In this document: piece by piece, positions 1-11,404 of the stretch
How positions within the stretch are numbered: position 1 is the first letter of the stretch
Layout: each line of letters opens with the position of its first letter
From: Marsupella aquatica
Lineage: Eukaryota > Plantae > Marchantiophyta
Length of the DNA: 64,000 nt
Direction of reading: 5' to 3'
Assembly (NCBI GenBank): GCA_973895155.1
Contig: OZ316893.1
Location: forward strand, 14,910,645-14,974,644
Position numbers and translations under genes: made by a program
Notes under the pieces: generated by a model
What the model saw: the letters and a program-made list of their open reading frames with translations, nothing else
Databases searched by the model: none
Told to the model about the DNA's origin: nothing

Positions 1-3000
1 GGACCGAGGCATGCTTCAAAGTGCCCCTCAATTTCTTTTAGCCAATACTGATCCCATGATTTGAGTTCGACGGTAAATCCATCGCTCGATCGAGTGGCGG
101 CGAATTACTCGCCCACATTGGTGTGGCCCGGATTCGGTGACAATGTCCAGCATTAATATGTTGGATTTGTACTTACTTAGTTCTGTGATACGTGGGCTTC
201 TCGATCGCCAGTCAACTTCTCTGATGGACTCAAGAATGCCACGTCGACGTGTATAAAACTTAGAGGAACCTCGAAGTCTTTCAAATGCAGAAACCTCGCT
301 CAGCCTGGTGACCTTTTGAAATCAACTTGTACACTTTGTATCAGTGCCTATACGCTAGCGAATCTAGAATCTTCTTTCTTTCAGTAACAACTTCTGAAAG
401 AAGAGCAAACTTGCAAACTTACTTAATACTGGGTAGATCTACAGGATAACTAAGGGAGTAAGCTGAAGGAAATTACATATCCAAGGCATAAGGGGAGTGA
501 TAGAAATTGGTGTTCCTTAGGGACAGTACCAGGCGTCCCACTTTCTTGCACATCAAAAAGCAACACCCAGATAGATTGAAGTAATAACACTCAATGCCAT
601 ATCAAAATAATAGGGTTGTACGTCAATATGCACTAGCCAGATAGGTCGAAGTAATAACACTCAGTAACACTCTGGTTTGTTGTGGTATGGAAAGTTAGCC
701 CAACCTGTGGGCACATGGCACACAACACCGGATGCTGCCTTGTTTTGATGTGCATTTACCAAGATTTCCATACCTTTTAAGTACTCAAAAGTCGCTAGTA
801 TAGTTTTAAAAACTCGAAGTGATAATTAAATAAATCTTGGAAATTCATCATTTCAGATCGATCAAAATGTTTTTAGAGTACAATTGTAAGAATTCAACTC
901 CAATCCTTTCGTATGACATATTATTTACACCGATAGAAAACACTAAGTTCAAGGTTGTCCAAGATCATTGAACTTTTAGCATACACATTCATAAGGAACC
1001 TATATTATATTGAAGCTTTATACACAGTATTCACAGGGAAATTTAAATGTTGTGCATGCTATTCATGTTAGTAGAATTCACGTTAATATCCAGAGGAAAG
1101 GCGCTCATCAATTGACCAGGATGAAGTTTGAATCCACGCCTGTATGCTGCCTTCCTGCAGATCAATTTAGATATGAAGGACCCCAAACTGTCCAGATTAA
1201 AGGAACTGTCCGGCCAGTTGGCCTTTGTGATCTTACTGACTGACAAACAACTGTTGTGTGTTCTCAAATCTTGATTGCAGATCAGCTCGGGATTGAGTTC
1301 GACCACAGAAGAGATGATTGCAGTTCTCCATAAGGCTTCTAGCTCACCCAACAGGTGACAAATTATAGATATAAATTTATATGTATGTACTTAGGCTTTG
1401 TAGAGTGATCTGAGGTGTTGGACTGCTGAAGCGCATTCTTATTTCAATGGCCAGCAGTCCAATCTGCGAGCAATCATCTGGTCCACCATCGCTCATCGGA
1501 CCTTGGAATATCCAGACTATTAAACCCGTAAGCAGTTTTCTTGTAACCTTAGAATTCTAGCTATTGTGTCGATCATATGTCCTTAGAACTGTCTGTCCAC
1601 TATACCGTCCTACAGGTATATATGTGGATATATACACACCCACACAGGCCCACACACTTATGCCTCGCAAGAGGTTGGGCTTCAACACCTCTGTGTTGTT
1701 GCGTCATATATACAACATGAGCTAGAGAGCATGTTGTGCATAATTTCTGGACGATTAGACATCTTCCAGAGAACATGAAGTGGTACAAATTTCTACTCCT
1801 GGCAACTGACTGGCTAGAGAATGATCAGCTGAGCATTCTACTGACTTAGAAGCAAGCTGAAGTTTCGAAAATGAATCGCCACACCTAAAATCAATCTAAC
1901 CACTGTCTTGTCACATCCTGTACTTGGTCTACGGTAACAGATCAAATTGTCTTAACTAATCTACTAGGTAGCTTATACCATTTTTATACCACTCTGACTA
2001 TGTCTTAGCATCCTTCTCTAGTCCCTGCTTCATTTTATGGATAACTATGCCTGAAGTTTTACGCAAATATAGCCACTTCTTGCTACTGTGGAGCTTGCTG
2101 TGGAGTTCTAATTGTAGTGCTAACTCTGGACTTTGGACCTGCCTACCAAAGGGAAGATCTTTCTTTGGTGTAGTCCTTCGCAACAGTTATTATTGGTACT
2201 ACAGCTCTGAAAATCAATTCAACAAGGAAGATGGATGCTGTGAAGTATGCCCTGGGATTCTCAAATTCATGCCTCATATTTTCGGACAATTGAGTGGCCC
2301 TCCTATAATTTGCAGTCGGAGAAGTGCCCAATTTCTGTATGCAGGCCTTCGACAAAGAAACATCAAGTTGTTGGAGTATCTAGACAAAATTCTAGGCCAC
2401 AATCATGCCTGTATCCTCTAAGCATGCGCTCTTTCTCGTTTTAGCAGATTGCCTCGACTCCGTGGCTTGACAGGAACGGATACACTCTGAACGATGGCCA
2501 TAAATCTTTTCCTCTCTCACCAATTCTCAATTTGGTCTCCACCCTTGCGCAAGCAGTCTCTCTTATGACATTCCCCAGGAAAAAAATACCCAGCTCCTAC
2601 GGACACAAGAATGGATTGTCAAAATGCATCTGCTCTAAAGTTCCTTGAACCCTATTTGTTTGCTCACATACTCGATCAAATTTCAGATCAAAGCAATTTT
2701 CAGAGCCCAAAGGAAGCGAGAAGCTTGGGAATTCGCTGTCAACTTCAACCTGAGGGGGTTTTGTTATGTTGAAACTAAACAATGGATATTCTAGTAGTCA
2801 TGCAGTCCCAATCGGGATGTTCCAAAACACTTCACATTCTGTTGTGAAGGTGGCAACTGAGTAGACACTCGCGTCTGTTATAACTAGCAACCATGTCAAC
2901 TGCTTCAACGTCAACTATGCAGAATGCACAACTTGTCAATGGACACATTGGTTACTCTATAAGAATGGTGGAGTGTAAATCATGTGTTGTCTTCACTCCC

Positions 3001-3968
3001 AAGGCCCAAGACCAGATCAAGCTCCTTCAGCTGAGCAGCGATTATAGATAAAAGCACACACACATTGCGCTTTGCCATGATAGCAATCGCATGAGAAACA
3101 AATTAAATTAAATTGAAGATCTCGTTTCAGGCCAGTGCTACAGCAGCTACCTCTCCACAAGCGGCTGGAAATTATTGCAGATTGAGAAAAAAGAGCCCAT
3201 TGTGATCTCCAGTCCAGCCTGCTCTGCCCGCTACTAGTTGCTCTGTTGCGTCTTTCCCTTCCAGATATTCCCATGAACATCTCTTGACATGTTCGAGTGC
3301 GGTATCTTGTTGACTGAAATTGAATTTTTTTCAGAACTTTCATTTGCCCGTAAATTGTGTGACTTAACATACCTAACTACAGTCGTGCGACCCCTACTTA
3401 ACAAAAGCTGTACACAAATTACTAGTGTGAGCCAATCTAATTTTTGTGTCATACTGATTCTTCAGTCACGCTAATTAAGGTGGACAGTGTAGCTGTGAAA
3501 CGCGAACCTCATACACTGTTGATCCCATATGTATACGAAATCCACGAGTGATTCTAACAGCATTTGAATATCGCTCCTCTAAGAATCACTCCTGCGTTCA
3601 AACTCATGTGAGATCACAACAATGAAAAAAGGAATTGAAAGGTCACGTCTGAAGTATTCCTTCATGGAGCAAAACCTTACGGCTGGAGATAATAAGAATG
3701 AAAAGGCGCAGAGAAAGCTCAACACTTCATTTCCATCATTGGCCAACAGTTTCTGCTGGAGATCCCACACTGCCTCCCATCCTAACAGGCGGAGCTTTTG
3801 CACACGAGGAGTTCCAGAGTCCACATCCCGTGCCCAACCAACGCCTCGTCGGATCCCATCGTCATCTCCTTTCCCTTTTCCATACCTCTCCACAAGCCGA
3901 GTTTGTCAAGCTCTCAAATTGAGGATTTGCAGCTGCGCTAGTATATACGATGCACTACAAATTCTCTA

Positions 3969-4005
3969 CCTTCCCTTCCCTTCCCTTCCCTTCCCTTCCC
4001 TTCCC
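3969..4005. repeat. (CCTTC)n microsatellite
   Basis: About 7 perfect CCTTC units read directly from the sequence. Confidence 0.9.
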
Positions 4006-4584
4006 TCAGACACTTGCTAGACTAACAAGAAGGAATAGTCCAGCCGATGGTGCTACCGGACGCAAACAGATCATCAACGATCGACACAAATCACACACTT
4101 CACTCCACTACTCACATCTTCCTCACATCCCGCCCCTCCCAAATCCGGCACTCAATCCCGTAATTTTTATGCATTCCATCAAGTCACTCGCTCCTCCGCT
4201 CCCCCGCCCACAACATAGATACAAAGATCTGTCAATTGTCGAGCGCGACATCCATCTGCACTTTGCTACTACATTACGCAAACTGCTTTCTGCTCTGCCC
4301 CGCAAAGGAAAGAAACTCGAAATACACAAAATTGAAAGATGGGAATTGAAATAAGTTATCCTATTGATGCTGCCTGAAGAGACTTGGTCTTCAAAAAATT
4401 TATTCAGATACTCATTCATTCGTTCCTTCAGTCGGGGGGATTGTTTTTAAAAAATTCAATCATTCGTTCATTCGTGTAGGGCCTGTTGCCACCTGCAAGG
4501 ATTGATACTTTTGTATGGAGACCTTCGTTTGTTTGCCTTGCGGCAAAAATGGTGATATTTTGTGCAGGATTGTGTTGCCTGTAG

Positions 4585-6331
4585 AACACGTTACCCTTAG
4601 TTTTGCAAGAAGCGGGGGAGCAGGAGGGCAAGATGTAAACAAAGGTGCGTTCGGCTTTCAGTTGCAGATGCCCACCAATGACCTGGACTTCCACTCCCAG
4701 TGATGATCCTAATGTTTCAGCCTTGTGTGATGATTATGAATGACATCTCTTTTAAATGAGAATCTGACGGATTCAGTGGAAGAAAGGGGGAAAGAAAATA
4801 GAGTTGGTTAAGTAGAAATGTGGCTTGCATCTCGTGGCGTTCAGAACGGGTACCATCCTGACGCATTCTGCACATTTGCCTGGTTCTTTTGTATGAGGGG
4901 AAAGTGTGGCATTTCTCTCTCGTTCTACCTCAAAAAAGAAAACACTGGTTTGCAACCCATGTCAGTCTCATGAGTAACACCGAACAATAAATTAATTTGC
5001 TGCCCAAATACTAATCCCAGGATACTGCTCGAGCAGTCTATATGCACCTAAGACATCAACAGAGTTCGAATTTTAGGCGTGTGTAAGTGATAGAAGAGGG
5101 GAGACAGCGGTATGGCCGTTGGGGTTCAGGTTCAATTGGCGCCACTGCCTGACCAAAGTGGTGGTCCTAACTGAAGTGATGGAATGACCAGTCTCCCCTC
5201 AAATGCTAGTGAATCCTGTCTCGAGGTCGGAAGACATTGTAAAATGCTCGTGAAGAACATGATCCCTCCAGAACCTGGGTTTGTTGCTGTCTTAGTGCGT
5301 TGCGCTCGGAAAATCCGTAAGAATAATTGTTACGTAATGAAAGAAACAAGAAGAGAAGGACTTAATCCTTCTCTGGTGTGATTCAGGAAAAGAATCGCGT
5401 CAATGGAGATGGAGACCTTGCAGTTGCATCAACCAGGACGAGAACTCAGAAGTGAGTAAAGTATGTTTGGGATATTCAGTTTTTATATATTCATTCAACT
5501 CTTTGACCTATGTTTACATAACTGTTGTCCTTTGTTTGATATTGTGTATCCAGAGGCAACATCGATGACGCTCTTGAAAAAATTCAGGTGAGCTTCTATT
5601 CTGATGAATTTTCGGTTCATCTAACCAGAATTTAATGTCTATTCACGCTCTTTAGTTTAAATGTTTATATCTCCTAAATTTCGGGTATTTAAAGTAAACC
5701 AATCTCTGAGCCAATTGCGCTGTTCTTCAAAAGTAGTCACGATTTTGTGCCTGTTTCCCTCAGAATTGTTTCTCCGGTAAAGTGAATAACTGTTGTCAGC
5801 TGATACTTCAACAGGACTCGCGCTCAGAACAACAGTGTCGACAGACATAAGATGCTTATCGTCGCAGATGTTAAGCCCCTTCGCCCTTGTAAGCATCTTT
5901 TGATGATTTCATCCCCAGTTTCTTCTTCTTCCTTTTGATTGTGTAGGCCATATTTGATGCAGCAGCCTATGTGCCTCCACCTCCATCCGAAGAAACCATT
6001 AGGAAAATACAAAAGTTGTGAGTGAACTGATCCCCGTAAACCTTTGGACCGTCTGTTTGTCAATTCAGCGAGAAGTGGTTTCCATGTACTCACTTCTTGA
6101 AGGAGGCTCGTGCAGCACCATCACTTGGCAGGAGTGGCTCTGTTTTTCTTCTGTATGAAGCTTGGTCAAGATCGCAGGTGGGAGGTATCCATCAAATTTG
6201 TGGAGAGTCTGATGGAACTCATCTGTGGATTCTTTTTCAGGGCTAGAATACAATATGAGAGGAGACTTCAAGACAAGAAGAAGTCATCATCAAAGCAATC
6301 AGACAGGCGGAACAAAGGTAGCTGGGATTAG
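4585..6331 (+). CDS. ArfB/ICT1-like peptidyl-tRNA hydrolase (GGQ ribosome-rescue factor); partial and possibly disabled
   Basis: Exons with canonical splice sites (the last ends at the stop): 4585-4644 (HVTLSFARSGGAGGQDVNK), 5387-5451 (EKNRVNGDGDLAVASTRTRTQ), 5554-5587 (GNIDDALEKIQ), 5947-6017 (AIFDAAAYVPPPPSEETIRKIQK), 6241-6331 (ARIQYERRLQDKKKSSSKQSDRRNKGSWD*). These match the plant ICT1/ArfB family. The N-terminal exon and the VNTKVDMRF-type exon were not found. Confidence 0.8.
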
Positions 6332-7414
6332 AAACCCATTTGCGTACTCAAAATGGATAGCACCCGCCAGAATGGCAGAGGTGTTCCAGAATGTAGCCAG
6401 TTCTTCCTCATGTTGAGGGAAATAGAAATCTCCGCCGACAAATGTAATTGACTGTACAGTAGAGGCTTTAGCTGCGACAAAGTTGCTATCTCGCATTACG
6501 ACCTTTATGTGAGAAATCGTACTCCAAAAATATGTTTCCCCATTTAATTGGTAATATACAATTCATCGAGCGGACAACTTCAATCCAAAGCTTTGTCGTT
6601 CTACAAGCATCGTCTAAAGATTTATGTACAAACGTGATGAGAGAAATTATGTTGTTGAAAATCGATACCGATTCTAGGGCTGTTGTCCTTATGTTAAAAC
6701 CCAAAAGATTTATGTACAAAAAATTTGAATTATTGTCGACTCATGCACAATGGTGATGTCGTCAATTGATATGTCAAGAAAACAGTGGATGATTTCTCAA
6801 GCTTAAGCATAGGTTCCCCAACAATTATTTCTTACTTCCGAGCAAATTTGGTTCCAAAACTTCCAAAGTATTGACTGATGTCACGTGCCCAAGCCATTAG
6901 TGAGTTCAATGCATCCTTTCTAGTCTGCTACCCACAACGATTTAATGGTCAGGCTGCTCATCTGTCTGAATCTTCGACTTTCTCCGGATTCTGGTGATTC
7001 GTTTCCCACCGAAGCACTTATTTGGATGTTTGAAAGTTGAGTTCTATCTTTATGGCAAAGCGTTTGGAGGGTTTTGTCTGTGGCTCATGCTTGAGTAACG
7101 CCATTTACTAACATGGGCTCGGGTTTCCTAGGGTGTATGTTGCCAATGCACGGTGTGTACAATCTGTATTCAGCCCCACAACTAAAAGTAGGGAATGGGA
7201 AAAGTCTGCCCGGACCTCGAATTCCCAAAACATTAATGGAGGGCAACGAGTGAAGTGCTAGTTTATGGCACGACAATACGTGAACCTTTAGTTTGGACAC
7301 CGAGGCGAAACAACACAACACAACGTACTCTCTAGAATCGATTTTAGTCACGCTGAACCAAACATTCTTGGAGGCTCAGTCGTTCAGAATTGGAGTGAGA
7401 TCTTCCCCGAAGTG

Positions 7415-7722
7415 AGAATTGTAGAGAAACCTTTCGCTTTGAACTGAGAATTGCAGAGAAAGCTTACCCTTTGAATTAAGGATAGCAAAGGGAAGGCTTG
7501 CTCTTTGGGTTTAGAGACAGGTTGCTTCAGGAATCTAGGAAAAGCCTCCGCTATAGATCAAGAATTGCAGAGAAAGCCTGTTCTATGAAACGAGACTGGT
7601 AGAGCAAGCTTGTGCTTTCTGATTCGTAAATTTCAGAGAAAGTCTGCTTTCATAAGTCGCGACTTGCAAAGAAAGCTCGTGCTCTCTGATTCGAAAATTG
7701 CGGAAGCTTGCTCTTTAAATTC
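7415..7722. repeat. Degenerate ~30-34 bp minisatellite (GAGAATTGCAGAGAAAGCTT... units)
   Basis: About 8-9 diverged units such as gagaattgtagagaaacc, gagaattgcagagaaagc, aagaattgcagagaaagc, gacttgcaaagaaagc. Confidence 0.6.
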
Positions 7723-8057
7723 GGAGTCGGGAATACATCTTGCTTGCAACTCTCAACCAAACTCCCGGAATTGCAGCCTGGTTTCCAAAAGAAAACGGGA
7801 GACCGGCTGGGCCCCTCTCTCTCTGACGACGCACGTAATGGTTACGACGAAACAAAGCAATAAGCTTTTGATGCAAATTCTTTTGCTGTCGAAGAGTCAT
7901 CAGCATGTCTCAGCTCAATGGCGCAGAACTTCCCCACGATGCAGCACTACGTGATTGATCCACATCAACCCGGATGATAAGGGTTTAAGTGGTTTGGTGA
8001 GTTGCTCAAACCCCAAATTAGGGAGTATGAATTTATCCATCCGCTACCCTAGATTGC

Positions 8058-9690
8058 TCAATAGGATTGCAGAGCAGGGTCATCTTTGTCCTCCTTTCCG
8101 AAAAGACCCTGGTCTTCGGTGTTGTAGGCTTTGTGTTCGGTATGAAACCATTCGTGGAAATCCTCCAGACTTTGTATTCGCTGACTCAACATATTCAAGT
8201 TATTTATCGAATTTCGTTCTCTCTCCAGTCTCGCCTGCAAAATAATGTTGCTTCCAGTGTCAGAAGAGGACAGTACTGCAGGTTAGCCTCCCTATGGTAA
8301 CCACGAAATTTGCAAAATGTGCCGACAACCATCCTACTCAAGACTTCCATTCTCAATTGAGGACCGCCATTCACTATGTCTCTGCTAACAGTGAATACAT
8401 CGAGCAAATCCATCGTCTCCTTTTGGATGAAACATCAATTCTGCCTTGGAATCACTGAGAAACGAGCAATAAACATCCCAATATTCTTCCCTCGGCCGGC
8501 TGCAACAGAATTGAACGGGATTGAATTGTGCAGGACAGCATACATTTAAGAGCCCCGAAAGAGAGTGGGAGAGTACATGCCTGAGCAATGCTTTCGTCGA
8601 GGTCACCGTGGTCAGGGACGCTATGAAACTCTAAATGGAACCCCTGTCCTTTAGATCCTGTCGCAGCTGCCACTGCTCCATCTACAAACAGCTGCTGCTG
8701 ACCCTTCTGCTGCAACGCAAGGCCGGCTCCTTGTAACCCGAAAATCCACTCAAAGACCGCCCTTGTTCTCGGCATATGGAACTCGGAAGTCACCACCGCC
8801 AACATTTTCCACCTCCTCGGAATCACATGCTGCGTGAGAGAGAAGTATCCATTCCCAATCGTATCATACGACGCCCATTCCTTAATCAAATGAGCAAATG
8901 GCGCGCCCTTGCTATGAAGATACTCCGCACACGACGTGCTTTCATGAATGACGAAGCCGTCGGAGGAGAGAATGGGCGCCCTATGAGGCGTGCCGCCTCC
9001 CAAACACACGATCTTGCAGACATTTCCACCATTGTTGTGTTTGTTAGAGCGCTGCTGCAGATCCAGAGCCTTATCGAGCCGTCTCTCCACCCAGACCGGC
9101 ACTCCACCTCCTGCGACCTGTCCCCCCGCCAGAACAAGGATTGCGTCATAGCTATTATTGAAATTGTCTTTTCGACCGTCTTCTACTTCGCTATTAGCAT
9201 TTGCAACGGCTTCCGATGGAAAAGGCTTCCGTCGTCCTCTATCGTCGTCATTCGATCGATCCCTTCTTCCGGATTTGCTCCCTCTTGAGGCGCCAAATCC
9301 TGATGTCCTCCAGTGGTCGTCTTTCAAGTGATCACTGCCCTTCCTGGCTGCAATCCATATCAGTTGACAATCGTAGGAGGAGGCGGAGGACCTTCTTTCC
9401 CGATCATTCAAGCGACAGGAGGAGCGTAGAGGTTCCAGAAATTTTCCTTCCCGAGTTCCTGTCTTGCGACTCGTGATGACATCTTGCGGAAGCACCTTGC
9501 ACTCTTCATGACTGAGCGATTCAGCATTTTGCCCCTCGATGTCCCGAATCGAAAGTAGACTGCCCCACTTGGTTTGCCTGCCACTACTGCTGGTGCCACA
9601 AGCGCTCTCGATAATATGAAGATGATGATGTGAGGCAAGAGAATTGAGGACTTTCTCCGGGATCGTTCTTTTGATCCCGAGAAACTGCAT
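8058..9690 (-). CDS. DUF218/YdcF-like domain protein with long basic/Ser-rich N-terminal extension; 2 exons (9690-8581, 8234-8058)
   Basis: Motifs DAILVLAGG, RRLDKA, IVCLGGGTPH, ESTSCAEYL, EWASYDTIGN and VVTSEFHMPRT are typical of DUF218. The terminal exon ARLERERNS...HEWFHTEHKAY...ALQSY* follows a TTTTGCAG acceptor. The donor is CAG|GCATGT. Confidence 0.88.
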
Positions 9691-11404
9691 TCTCTAATAG
9701 AAAGGTTAAAATAATAAGCGAAATGGTCCGCTTTTCCTCGCTGTTCGAATTTTCTTGAGAATTTTCCGAAGCTGATAGCACCCGCCCCTTTCATGAAAGA
9801 AAACGATGTCCTGACTATCTACCTACACGGCTACGCTCCTCTGGTCCACGCCTGGAGCCGTGGAGACCAGGAACCTCATGGTCTGTATCCAGAGTTTGCC
9901 GGCACGATGGAAGTGAGCCTCTACAGTAGTTGAGGGGATATCAATGTGGACGATTGAGGACCTCTAGTTCTTGAGTTCTCCATCTAACGTCATAGCTCAG
10001 TAATACTTTCACTCGTACTTTTCCCTTCCCGAATGGATAGAAAATTCCGTAACTGCGCGACAGAACGATCTTGAACAACAATGAAAAGAAATCGAATGGT
10101 CACCTCGCTTTCGGACGGGGATATCAACGTGGCTAATCATCAACTGTTCAAGTTATCATGCGGGAAACGCTGGCGGTGGTGTCTTCCGAGGTGGAAAAGG
10201 GGGAATTGAGAATTGAGGAGAGGAGTAGCTCATTGAGAATTGAGATAGAAACACTTTGCCTGCTAAGTAATCTAATTTCACGTCCTCAAGACATCCATCG
10301 TAAAACCGAAGAATCGGAAGTGACCAGACGACACTGCAGTCTTCGTCCAGTGTCCAATTTTCTCGTCGTCAAATCACACATGTCTCTCACACAACGTTTA
10401 ACAAACAGACTTATACATCCACGCTTTCATAAAAGCGTAATTCTCGTCATCAAATTCGTCATGCTTGACATATAAAGCTTTTCTCGAAGTCATGTGAGAG
10501 TTTCAAGATTCGATATTGATAAATTTCACGCTGATAAAAGCACGCTGCAATTGCAGAAAGTGCAGTGCAGCTGGGCAGGTTTGGCCCGAGTGAGTGATTT
10601 CCAGAGTCTACAATTTCCTCTGTCCAAAATTTTCGCAAGGATGGATCTCTGCATGATTTGAGACACATCTCCACTACATTGCTGTTCGGGCGTGCATGCC
10701 CCGTGCTAGCAACTTTAACTGGATGATAAATGCCTGTTGTTGGTGAGTCGAAAAAACTTTCGCCAAACATTGTTTCCTTGGATGGTACTTCAAGGATCTC
10801 TATCAAAGACTAGTGTGCAACGAACCCCGCTAAGGGGGTAGGGAGCGATTTAATTTTGTACGTTCAGGAGAAAACACTCTGCCCCAACTGGTGAACATGA
10901 GTTAACTAATCTAAACTTCCTCCGTCAAACTTTGGCAGCTCCGGATGAACTATTCACACCTATACGACCATGTCGTTTCCGTAAAAATTGAATTACGAGC
11001 CATGTTAACAGCTCTCTTATTGCTTAGTATACACCATCGCCATCATTGCCGCAGTAGGGGCGCTAGAGAGAACCCCGATGATGGAAGTGGAAAGTGAAGA
11101 ATGCCGAGGCTACTCTTGTAAGAATGAATTTCGATCTGTTTGCAAACACCGATTTCGGGATCAGAAGAAATGGTAGCAACAGATGCTGCTGCTATAAACT
11201 AAATAGTCTACAAGCCCCTTCCCCCTTAAGATGCACAAACAGGCGTATGAAAGTCAAATTTGACGAGAGAAAAGCGTTTAGCAATTCACCCTTACCAGAA
11301 AATACCAATCAACGTCTCGAAAGAGGGTATGTCTGTTGGCACCTCCAAAGTTGTACAGTAAATAACGGCCACCTCCCAGATGGCTTGGGATGAACTATCA
11401 AATT

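Noticed and set aside
1-3950. Numerous 60-130 aa ORFs
   Set aside because: No recognisable motifs or consistent exon chain; consistent with chance ORFs or decayed repeats.
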